The translations under genes were made by a program, and so were the position numbers. A DNA stretch of 34,398 nucleotides from Nemertoderma westbladi (lineage: Eukaryota; Animalia; Xenacoelomorpha), in contig JAUCBJ010003191.1 of the NCBI GenBank assembly GCA_032718475.1, forward strand, positions 1-34,398. The letters are read 5' to 3'. The notes beneath the pieces were generated by a model. That model made no database searches. It was not told the DNA's origin and saw nothing but the letters and a program-made list of their open reading frames with translations. Within the stretch, counting starts at the first letter, position 1. The number at the start of each line of letters is the position of its first letter. Of this stretch, positions 9,401 to 19,330 are shown piece by piece.

Positions 9401-12377
9401 AGACGCAGACTTCATCACACACACTTAAGCGGTGGGGCCCATCGCACAGCACACATTTGGGCTTGATGTTACTTACTTTAACATGTGCTGTGTGGTGCAC
9501 GTTCGTTCTTTCCTCGGGCTTTCTCACCTGAATTCTTTTGGGAGACGTAGGATGAGTTTTTCTTACCTGTTCTCTCCTGTCATTGGTTCGAGACTTGAAT
9601 TTACTTACCTGGTCTTTAGGCGTTTTATTGACATAATAAGATCTTTCAGTGTCTTTCCCGCTATCCTCTCCTTGAGAAGTCTGGCTTTCGCCGTCGTCTG
9701 TATAACACACTGGTGTTACCCTTCTCCTAGAAACGGGTTTCTCACTTACCTTGTTTTCCAGTGTCTTCTCTCTGGACTGCCTTAGGAGCTGTAATTTCAC
9801 TTCTCCATCTAAGAATGACATGAGATCAGCCATGGTAGGGTCTCGTCGTTGTTGTTCCATCATATATAACACTTTCTTGTCCCAGCGTGTACCTACTCCA
9901 CCCTTGGGCAAAGTAGATGCTAAGGCTCCTACAACCATAGAATTCTGGTATTCATGAGACTTACCTAGCCAATCTAATTGTCTACAGATCTCCTGAATCT
10001 CATCGGAAAACTCTATAATCCCGCTGCTAAGAAACTTTCGGGGCGCCATTAATTTTGCATACAAATACCTAGCTATGTTATTCCTATTACCATACCTGAT
10101 GTTTAGTGTATCCCAAACTTGTCTTAATCCGTCTGGATGTCCAATAAACTTTAACGCCATTAACTTGGGAGATCCTTCCAAGCACTCAATGAGGAATCTA
10201 AGTTTCTCTCCATTAGATAGCACAGAGTTCTGTATGTTATCTTTGTAATATTCATTAAAAGGTAACCATTTCATCTCATCTCCATTGAACTTGACGATCT
10301 CTCCCACCTTTACCGCTTGCTGGGCTTCGGTTCTAGCCATTTGACGCGTAAAACTTTCTTGGGCCATCGTGTTATTTAATATCGAGTTATCGGTATATAA
10401 ATTTCTCGGATTATGATCCGGTCTATAGGGAATATCATTATCAACAGATCTATAATTACCCTTAATAGGGTTCACTATAGGAGTTTCTACTTCGCTAGCA
10501 GTATAGATGCGTGTAGGCTCCACACCTTGCGCATGAGATACTTCAGACCTAACAGGTTGACACATTGTTACAGGGGGTGGTGGTATACCCTTTTGTGTAT
10601 TTACTAATTTATCGCGTTCTAGCGCGATACTTTGCTGCACTTCTTGCAACTCTAGCCTACTTTCCCTTACTGTGCCCTTGAATTGCTGAACGGTCTCCTG
10701 CATCTGTCCGAGCAGGAGATCCATCCCCCGTCGTCTCTCATCCACCCATTCGACCGCCGAAGCGGGATTCGCCAACGTTGTAGCGGGCGGATGAGGGACA
10801 ACGGGCGACAAATCATGAATATTTCGCTCGGAGTCCAGGGCATGAACTGTCTCATGGGCTGTTCTGCTGGGCACAGGTAGCTTAGTACTGTGCAAAGGGA
10901 ATTTAGAGGTAGGTTCAGGGAGTACAGGTGTCTCTACCACCGAAAGGGTAGCTTCGAGAACAGGCCTAATTATTTCAGGCTCATCTACTATAGTAGGGAG
11001 TCTCTCTATTGTAATTATTTGGTCTGTGGGTTCTGTACTACCTAAGTTGGTGTTATTTAGTTGCCTTCTAACAGCTGGAGGCAAATCAGGCAATTTCTGA
11101 CGGTGGGATGTTCTTTTACGTCTGCTTAGCTGAGATCTATTTCCTTTGCCTTCAGTATCGGTGGTATCGCCTTCCTCAGATGATGTATATCCCTGTCTTT
11201 TGGGAGTAGATCGATTCATCATCTGCATATTACTAGCTGTTAACTGTTTATTTATGCAGTCTTGATTCTCCTGAATATTTTCCAATTCTAATTGGGCGAT
11301 CTCTTCAGCCGCTATCCGCTCTGCTTCTGCCGCTGCCATTGCCGCTTTTCTTTCCATTTCGGCTGCTTTTCTTTTCGCTTCTGCCTCTGCCGCTGCCGCT
11401 TTTCTTTTCGCTTCTGCCTCTGCCGCTGCTGCTGCCGCTTTTCTTTCCATTTCGGCTGCTTTACTTTCCTCTTCGGCTGCTTTCCTTTCGGCTTCTGCAG
11501 CTGCTACTGCTGCTTTCTTTCTGTCTTCTATGCGTTTTTTCTTCACCTTTTCTTCTTGGTCTCTAGCGATGCGGAGTTGTTCATCGAATTTAGCTTGGTT
11601 CGCCGCTAACCTATCCACGTCGATGGCGTCAAGCACACGCTGTGCTCCTTCACTATTAGGGTTAAGTCCATCCAACCTTCTCCTCAACTCTTCATCACCT
11701 AAGAAACGTTGATAGTCTGACAGATAGATATCAATGGCATCCCTCTTATGCGGGTTCTCTGCCGTCGTTTCACTTTCCACTTGGGAAAAAGTAGCGTCTG
11801 TTGATTCTCCATGGGTTGAGCGCTCCTCCAGCTGAGCTTTCCACTGAGCCGTTCCTTGAACTTGGAGACTCACCCGTTGAAACCAAGTCTTTACGGCAAC
11901 TTGCAACGACGTGTCTTGTCTTCTTTTAGAAGCCTCCTCAAAGGCCGATAAGATTAGCCTAATTCGCAGAATTCTTTCTCTAACTTGATAAAGCAGTTGT
12001 CCCTGCTCTTGAGGTCCTTGAGGTTGTTGAAACAGTTGTTCTTTTACTCGCTCCATAGAGCTGAAGAATCCCTGTGCGTATCTGGCTGCGGACCTCTTCC
12101 ACATAGCTGGATCGATGGTTTCCTTGGCTACTCCCATCCGGTGTATGTCTTCCCAGGCAGCTTCTGATAAATCAAACGGGAGTCCGGGTCCGGGGAAGTT
12201 CCATTGCGACTCGACCATAGACTTCAGTTCTTCCCTTGTGTATCCCTCATAACTATCTTTAGTTGATCGCTTACTTCTCGCCCAATCGATCTGGTGTTCT
12301 TCCACCGCAATCAATAACCTAGTGAGTACGGCTGCAGGAAGGATGAGAAGGGGATCCGAATAAACCGCATCCGTCAT
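9399..12377 (-). CDS. gag: BEL/Pao Gag-like protein (992 aa): K/A/E helical repeat, DUF1759-type capsid region, truncated zinc knuckle
   Basis: KFNGDEMKWLPF..NGEKLRFLIECLEG..WDTLNIRYGN is the Pao gag signature, and the C-terminus reads CVLCDGPHRLSVC. The frame stays open for about 67 codons upstream of ATG 12377. Confidence 0.85.
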   Translation of the reverse strand: MTDAVYSDPLLILPAAVLTRLLIAVEEHQIDWARSKRSTKDSYEGYTREELKSMVESQWNFPGPGLPFDLSEAAWEDIHRMGVAKETIDPAMWKRSAARYAQGFFSSMERVKEQLFQQPQGPQEQGQLLYQVRERILRIRLILSAFEEASKRRQDTSLQVAVKTWFQRVSLQVQGTAQWKAQLEERSTHGESTDATFSQVESETTAENPHKRDAIDIYLSDYQRFLGDEELRRRLDGLNPNSEGAQRVLDAIDVDRLAANQAKFDEQLRIARDQEEKVKKKRIEDRKKAAVAAAEAERKAAEEESKAAEMERKAAAAAAEAEAKRKAAAAEAEAKRKAAEMERKAAMAAAEAERIAAEEIAQLELENIQENQDCINKQLTASNMQMMNRSTPKRQGYTSSEEGDTTDTEGKGNRSQLSRRKRTSHRQKLPDLPPAVRRQLNNTNLGSTEPTDQIITIERLPTIVDEPEIIRPVLEATLSVVETPVLPEPTSKFPLHSTKLPVPSRTAHETVHALDSERNIHDLSPVVPHPPATTLANPASAVEWVDERRRGMDLLLGQMQETVQQFKGTVRESRLELQEVQQSIALERDKLVNTQKGIPPPPVTMCQPVRSEVSHAQGVEPTRIYTASEVETPIVNPIKGNYRSVDNDIPYRPDHNPRNLYTDNSILNNTMAQESFTRQMARTEAQQAVKVGEIVKFNGDEMKWLPFNEYYKDNIQNSVLSNGEKLRFLIECLEGSPKLMALKFIGHPDGLRQVWDTLNIRYGNRNNIARYLYAKLMAPRKFLSSGIIEFSDEIQEICRQLDWLGKSHEYQNSMVVGALASTLPKGGVGTRWDKKVLYMMEQQRRDPTMADLMSFLDGEVKLQLLRQSREKTLENKVSEKPVSRRRVTPVCYTDDGESQTSQGEDSGKDTERSYYVNKTPKDQVSKFKSRTNDRREQVRKTHPTSPKRIQVRKPEERTNVHHTAHVKVSNIKPKCVLCDGPHRLSVCDEVCV

Positions 12378-14089
12378 CCTTGCTCCGCGCTCGGGTGTCA
12401 GCTCTACAGTATCCTCACTACTGGAGCTGTCGGGCCGCTGAGAAATAAGTTCGTGGCTCGCGGGTTGTTGCTGTTCCGCTGCTTCTTGGTCCTGCTTGAC
12501 CTGAGCTCGAGTGCCTATGATAGACCTACGATGTTGGACTAGCCTAGGGTCTGAGATTACTACAGTAGGGATGGGCCTTTCTTACAGCAGGAGGTGACTT
12601 AGACTTGGATCTAGGATGTTCTATACTTGGATCTGGGTCACTGATCTTTTTAAGACACTGTCTAACAGTCATTCTAACACTATCTAGGAGACTATCCGAC
12701 AGTGATTGGGTTGTGTCAGACATGTTTGTTTACACAGTTGAATGCCTACGGCATAAATACAGTTAAAGCAAGTCTAGTAATTCAGTATCACTGTTAGCCT
12801 AATAATTAATTACCGATACTGCTACTCAGTGGAGCGTGATATATATATAATATATTAGAATACCGGTATGCTTACAGTATATATAAGTATTATTACAGAC
12901 TAGGTTTGTCACAGAATGCCGGTAGGTACTTTTAGCACAAATATAAAAATATATAATAGGCCTATCGTGAATACCGGTATGCAGTTTACACTTATAGTGT
13001 ATATATATAAGTATAATTACAGACTAGAATTAATTACAGAATACCGGTATAATTTCAGCCTATATTTATAAAAATAAAGATAATAAGCCTATTGTAAATA
13101 CCGGTATATCAATTATTTTAGAATAATTGAATTTCTGAATTTTAAGGGTTACTTGGTTACTTTAACTTACTTATTACCGTTATTTAAGCAGTAGTCCAAC
13201 TGATATTGAGACCTAATTGTTGTATGGCAGGCCTACTATTTATAAATCGTTTGAGTTGATTTATAATATATATATACCCGTTTAATGGGTTTTGTCAATG
13301 TTTGAAATAAATGTTATTATTTCTGGGGGAGTCACTACACATAAGCTGTGCGCTCTCAGTGGAGTGCTACTTGTTAGACACTAAAACAAATAATTCTAAT
13401 TTACCTAAGTTACTTAATACTACGAATTACGTACAATTCGGGTTGAGATTACAATCTCTAAATAAACACAAAAAATTTAATTACAAATACACAAATACAA
13501 ATTTTTAGGGTAATTTTACAAGAAGTCTACTAACCAGCCTAACAAAGGGTTAGAATATCTGGTTATTACAACGGACAGGTTACTACGGTATTTGAAAATA
13601 ATAAGTAGTAGTAAGTATACTGCGCTGTCCAGATAGGAAAATACCACCGTCTGACGACCTATAGCCGTATCGCTATAGGTACTACGTTATGTATCACGGA
13701 GTGTTCCTACCCAGAAGTTAATTACCGCGGTCTACCAGAACCAACGTGCCTATTAACCAATTTACAACACAAATATACTGCCTACACACTAATCACCCTC
13801 GGAAAGTACTGTACACTAAACCCTAAATTAGGTACAAGTACTTGTACAACAAATAATCAGTAGTTAAAAATACTTGAACAGCTAAAAGAACCACGGTATC
13901 TGCCAGAGTGACCAAAGCATAAAATCTCCAGTCTTTACCTACGCCGAGCAGCCCTGATGTAGTACCGGGGTTAGTTTAACTATAACGGTATGTATAACAA
14001 ACACAATTACTGTAGGAATAAACTTGGGGATATGAATGTTGCGAATAATCGCATAAACTCTGAATAATAAATATTACGCTACGCGTACA

Positions 14090-14645
14090 AACTACTCAAA
14101 CAAAATGCAGACCAAATACTGACAGGCTACTATCAAGCCTAAACAAACTACGGTATATGCAGACTCTGAAATGATTAGTTAGTATGCGTTCTAACCCAGT
14201 AGTACGACTTATTCTTTCACAGGGGGTTTACCTCACAGCACTTGAAGCCCCTACTTTCCTAACTTAGCACTTTATCAGACAGATGCTCTATACACACCGA
14301 AATTTCCTCAAACCCAACAACAGCCAGACAACTATCCAGCCTACAAATTATCTAAATAAAATTATACGCTACCCGTACAGACTACACAAACAAAGTACAG
14401 ACCAAACGATGGCAGACTACTATCAAGCCCAAATACACTACAGTATATGCAGACTCCGAAATGATTAGTTAGTATGCGTTCTAACCCAGTAGTACGACTT
14501 ATTCTTTCACAGGGGGTTTACCTCACAGCACTTGAAGCCCCTACTTTCCTAACTAGCACTTCATCGGACAGATGCTCTACACACACTGCAATCCATTCAG
14601 ACTTAACAACAGTTAGACAACAGTCAAGCCTACAAATTATCTGTA
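14090..14645. repeat. ~289-bp tandem duplication in the 5' leader of the LTR element
   Basis: gaaatgattagttagtatgcgttctaacccagtagtacgacttattctttcacagggggtttacc is identical at ~14168 and ~14458. Confidence 0.85.
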
Positions 14646-14930
14646 CAATCTGAGCAGGCTTACACGCCTTCTGCTCAATACTGGCTTACAAATAAATAAA
14701 ACTGACAGAAATAGGCCTAAGTAAAATCCCAATAAAAACCAGGCGTCCCCGATTAATTATTAAGACCTCCTGGTATATAATAATCAAATCGAATAATACT
14801 GCTGTACCTGTACTGTAAGTACCGGTTCGGATGATCAGGCAGTCAGGCCTACTGGTTACAGCAGTACAGGTTACCGTACGACCAGTACCGGTACTTTAGA
14901 CTTGATTGCTTACGCCGCAATCCAGAAGCA

Positions 14931-14941
14931 ATATCTGTTAT
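14931..14941 (-). promoter_or_regulatory. Non-tRNA primer-binding-site candidate (ATAACAGATAT), complementary to LTR positions 15656-15666
   Basis: It abuts the 5' LTR end and lacks TGG. It is an exact 11-nt reverse complement of a site in the LTR (also present at 6671-6681). Confidence 0.55.
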
Positions 14942-16099
14942 TGTTTGCGCTTTTAAGACCTTTGACAGTTTAACCTGCCAAATTAGGATGTCTTTTGGAT
15001 GATATATAGTCTTTAGCCTATGACGAGTATTTGATACACTACATTAGCCGAAGCCAGTCTATGCGCAATCATTCACCCGCTGGATATACCCGGGAGACTG
15101 AATTCGGAAGCTTAATGATTGATGGTGTAAGCCTACTGTATTATTCGACTGATCGTAATATATAATCTCTGACAAATATTATTCACTTTCGGGAAATATT
15201 AACAGTTCCTTTAGGACGTGGCGCTCTAAATATGTAAACAGAGTTATGACTTAAACTAGACACAACGAAAAGGCTATAGATTCACGTATATGGCGCATTC
15301 TTTAGGAGATGCTTTGTTATCAGTCACAATCATACACAATGCTGCACAATGCTGCACACCAATCTGCCGACCTTCACTAATTTTAGTCACATACAAAGAG
15401 AATAACAGACAATACATGTAGGGCCTATAAAATAGCATTAGATTCACTTCAAACCACTTAACATAGGTCGCAATCGTTTATCTGTAACCGGTCTCTCTAA
15501 CCTTTAGTATATCAAGAAGGTTGGGTGTCTGACTATTGATCAGTATTCCAAATATAATCTTCCATCAACAAATATAATGAATAACCGACAGCAAAAGCAG
15601 TAATGTTAAGTAAGATATGCATGATATGTTTAGTAAGCATTGATAAGGTAACTCGATAACAGATATACGTTCTATAATTAAGCCTACTAATGTAAGACTA
15701 AAGACTGAAACACGGAGGTGCCAAAAGCCGGTGTTCTTAGGCTCTGGGCAAAAACATAACACTGAATTCCTGAGTTTCTGTATCCACCTCCAACACAGAG
15801 ACAAAAAACGCTCTGATTGGTCGACCGAACAACGAGAGAACAAAGAAACAAAGAAATGTCGACGTGGCAATATCAGCTGTTAGCCGTCGTCATGGTAGCG
15901 ACACTGTTTTCAAGAGTATCGAGCTTATTGCGTCACGAAATTGCGGATTATGTCCTCTAAAGTACAAATACAGAAGAAATGGCTTTTATGTCCTCTAAAA
16001 CACCAGTACAGCAAGGACACGGCCTTTTTATGCCTGGTAAACCAACCACAGAGTACTTTACGGGGATAATAACCGGCTAATTACGCAAAAGCTTTTACA
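14942..16099 (-). repeat. 5' LTR (1158 bp)
   Basis: Direct repeat of 5956-7114, with TG...CA ends and followed by the TSD TAGGT. Confidence 0.95.
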
Positions 16100-16294
16100 T
16101 AGGTGCACCCCTTTACGGGGTAAATGGTTTTATTACTTATTATTAATTCGATTTAAAAGCCTATTATAGTCATGATCATAGGAGTGCGTTAATAACATTT
16201 AAATTAAATATTAAAATATATAATAAAGGGTATAAAATTGGAGAAAAGCGAGTTAAAAAAGGGGCGATTTATTTATTGCAGGTTTCCAGTTGTC

Positions 16295-16403
16295 CAGGGG
16301 CCGGATTTAGAGTGGCGGGTGGCCTGGGGCCGGGTCAGTGGTTTGTTTGGGTGGGTGGGTGGGGGGGGGGGGGGGGGGGGGGGGGGTTGGTTGTACGGCC
16401 CTG
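16295..16403. mobile_element. 109-bp MITE-like insertion with CAGGG-type ends and a G26 tract
   Basis: CAGGGGCCGGA...TACGGCCCTG is flanked by the direct repeat GTTGTC (16289-16294 and 16404-16409). Its removal restores the LINE C-terminus. Confidence 0.6.
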
Positions 16404-16485
16404 GTTGTCGTAGGGGCGGGCATGAGTCGCTGTTAAATACATGATAAATGTAAGTAGGTGAACCCCCGCAGTATTTGAAGGTGCA

Positions 16486-16720
16486 AAAAAAAAGCAAACA
16501 GTCGGCCGAAGCCGGAGGCGACCCGAAGGCTCCTCTTTCGATAGCTGCTACCCGAGGGTAGGGGTGGGCGCTACTCCTATCCCAAGATTTGCTCCCAGTT
16601 ATTTAACTGGTACTCATTTTATCGACCCCAGTGGATGAAAGGCTGAGTGGACCCTGGCGGGGCTGAACCTACAACCAATAGATTGCAGGCCCGGCGCTCA
16701 ACCAACTGAGCTACCCCGCC
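16486..16720 (-). mobile_element. tRNA-derived SINE (copy 1)
   Basis: The head GGCGGGGTAGCTCAGTTGG contains an A box and is followed by a degenerate B box GGTTCAGCCCC. The core reads ACTCAGCCTTTCATCC..GGTCGATAAAATGAGTACCAG, and there is a T-rich tail and an imperfect 13-bp TSD. Confidence 0.8.
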
Positions 16721-17194
16721 GTTAATGATTGCGGATTTTGATTTTGATTTTGATTTGCAGGTACAATCATCAGATAATTCGTGGAATTGTGTTTTAATGT
16801 TACATAGTTTCCAATGGAAGCCATGAACGGTTAATCTTGAAATTAAATGTCGCTTTCTTCGTCCGGCAGACCTGGTGAGTGTTACCCCCTGACACTAGCC
16901 TTGACTAGCTGTGTTCTCCCTGTGAGGTGGTTTGACCTCTCACTTCTCTCTGTGGCTTTAGGGCCTGTATCGCCCCCCCCCCCCCCGAGTTGGTTATGAG
17001 GCGAGATTATTATTGGTAATCTTGTATTGCCAACTATATTGGTAAAATTCCACTGGTCCCATTTTCGGGTGGATAATGCAAGGGAATTGAATCCGCTTAC
17101 ACCGTCCAAAGTCTCGTCCTCATGTCTCAGTCAATTAGTTCCCAGTCCCAGTAGCTAATTGGAAAAGGTTACATCTGACTACGGTATGTATATT

Positions 17195-17990
17195 ATATTA
17201 TATACATTCGTTTGTACGGTGTGTCTACTTCTCCGTCCACCAGATGTTGGGTATTATAATGCACCGATTCGCCCTTTTGCCCCGGGTGGCCTACAGGATC
17301 CTCTAAAGCAGTTTAAAGGCTCTCCTGTGGTTCAGAGGTCCTCCCATCAGTAGGAATGCCGTCGGCACCCTGCTGATGACCACAGCTATTAATAAGTTCA
17401 CTAACCCTATCATTGTCCAGTCCTCCTGTAAGAAATACTTCTCGTGGTATATCTTAATCGCTCCCTTTCGGAAGTGATACGACTCGTCCCTTCCTGTTCT
17501 CGTACTCCTCTCGGAACTTGTTCCACTATGTTGGCTTGTGGCACACGAGTCCCATCGACTGACCCATTGCCACTGCTACGTATTGTCCCCTTTTATCCAC
17601 CAATCCCAATCCATACGGTTTCGTCATAGCCATGTAGAGTACCTGCATATCCAGAAGATTCGGGGTGTTCAGTCCAATAATACTCCCCGCATCGTCGCGT
17701 ATCGCCGATCCAATCTTGATCATAGTCTTCGACCTCATCTGCACTGCATCCGGTATACGATTCAATTTTTGGTCCACAGCGTTACCCAATGACGGCGTCC
17801 TGTAGGTCCTGACTAATCATTGTTCGTGGATCTCCCTAAACTGATCTTGCAGCGCGTGTGCTTTCTGACTGTTTGGAAGTTGTTTGTAGTATTCCCTCGT
17901 CTTATTCTCTGGATGTCTCAACGTGAAATCCACTAGTAGTTATTTCTCACTCTTCTCCCACTTTCTCTTCTTGATTAGCTTCTCTGCCAT
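17195..17990 (-). pseudogene. Decayed N-terminal part of an unknown retroelement-associated ORF, homologous to 24880-25490
   Basis: VAMGQSMGLVCHKP..KFREEY, FRKGAIKIY..LQEDW.MIGL and PLNHRRAFK match ORF 24744-25475, with many third-position differences. Stops and frameshifts are present. Confidence 0.7.
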
Positions 17991-18749
17991 CCCGATTCTC
18001 CTCTCTCACCGAACTGGTGGTGGCTTGCAAAGGCTCAGTAGGGCAAGAGATAACTAAGTTCAGTTCTAATTAGTTTCAAATCAGTGATGGCCTACCCTCT
18101 ATCTACCTTTTGTTCAAATGTTCCCCCTTATGCGCCAATTCCGTAATTTTGTCCGTTGCCTTTCAACTATGTTTCTAGAACCTCCTAGTTCTCAGTTGCT
18201 ACGATTTTACTTTGCTGTATTCCTCAACTCACACCCCATCACCCATCTGCTACTCAATTACTATGTAAGTAATTCATCACTACTTGTTTACAGAAAATAC
18301 TAGCTACAACTTTCTTATTGTTATACAAGCTTCCTACCAGACAGCTTTCTGGGTCTGTAATAATACTCTAAGTCTGCACTACTCTGGGCTATGCGCTATA
18401 GTAGTCTAGTTCGTGCAGCCTACACGGTTTATTCTACTATGCCTACATATCCCCCTCAACTCCTAATGTGGCGCCCCCAGTGCCCACTATAGTATGTATT
18501 ACGTACTATTATTGGTCCCATTGATCCGGCATTGGTATTATTACATATGTTGACACATTGTGCCCATCAGACGTATGCAATGTGTACCCTTCTAATCCTC
18601 ACTGTGGTACTATGTACCCTTCTAATTCTCCTACAGTACATATTTTGTACTATTGGTCCGATTCATCCAGTAAGCAACCGAGGGTGGACTCTCTATAGCC
18701 GAGGGGCACTTGTATAATAACTAATAATCACGAACCCCCTCCTCTTATA

Positions 18750-19137
18750 ATATACACGAAGTGGGGACTTCGCGCAGCACGAAGTTGGCAGAGCCTTAGC
18801 GAATTGACACTGTTAGGGGGTAGGTCAATTTATGCAAATAGTCACGTTGGCCCTCTAGCGGCAGACTGGAGAACTGCAGATGGATTCGCCTCCTTTGAAA
18901 GTCACAGCTAATGGTCTAATACATATCTGCCAAGTTTCAGCTTAAACGGATTAAAAGCAAAGAAATGGGAGGGCATTTAATGTTTAGACATGTGGCCCTC
19001 TAGCGGGAGACCATTGCACTGATGGTGTCTGAAAGTCTCTCAAAAATCTCAACTTTTGCTCATATTGATACCTACAAATTTTCAACTTGGCAGCTTTAAA
19101 TCCGACAAAGTTATTAGCATGTCAAAATCGTAACGAC

Positions 19138-19182
<45 letters not shown>

Positions 19183-19262
19183 AACTATTTGCATAAATTG
19201 ACCCACCCCCTAACAGTGTCAATTCGCTAAGGCTCCGCCAACTTCGTGGCTCGCCCCATAAC
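18750..19262. mobile_element. Non-autonomous Helentron/DINE-1-like element with 65-bp subterminal inverted repeats and an (ACG)n microsatellite
   Basis: 18778-18842 is the reverse complement of 19184-19248 with 2 mismatches. (ACG)n lies at ~19133-19183, and a small hairpin CGAAGT-GGGG-ACTTCG sits near the left end. The family is inferred from architecture. Confidence 0.6.
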
Positions 19263-19265
19263 TCT

Positions 19266-19330
19266 GTAGTAGTGAGTAGTAGTAGTAGTAATAGTAGTAG
19301 TAGTAGTAGTATATAAGTAGTAAGTAATAG
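19266..19330. repeat. (AGT)n microsatellite
   Basis: Imperfect agtagtagt run. Confidence 0.85.

Larger units (their letters stand above)
5956..16099 (-). mobile_element. Complete non-autonomous BEL/Pao LTR retrotransposon (gag intact, pol deleted)
   Basis: Paired TG...CA LTRs. A 5-bp TSD TAGGT lies at 5951-5955 and 16100-16104. It contains a Pao-type Gag and an RNase H remnant on the - strand. Confidence 0.93.
16269..16869 (-). mobile_element. 3' end of a non-LTR retrotransposon (LINE) ORF with nested SINE and MITE; 16371-16869 duplicates 22117-22609
   Basis: After removing the insertions it reads HLISRLTVHGFHWKLC..FHELSDDCT(C/F)KYCGG..YH..SCPPLRQLETCNK-stop, and the stop overlaps AATAAA. 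Confidence 0.7.

Noticed and set aside
16648-16720. Functional tRNA gene (also at 22394-22466)
   Set aside because: The anticodon and acceptor stems do not pair properly and the B box is degenerate. It is followed by a SINE body and flanked by a TSD.
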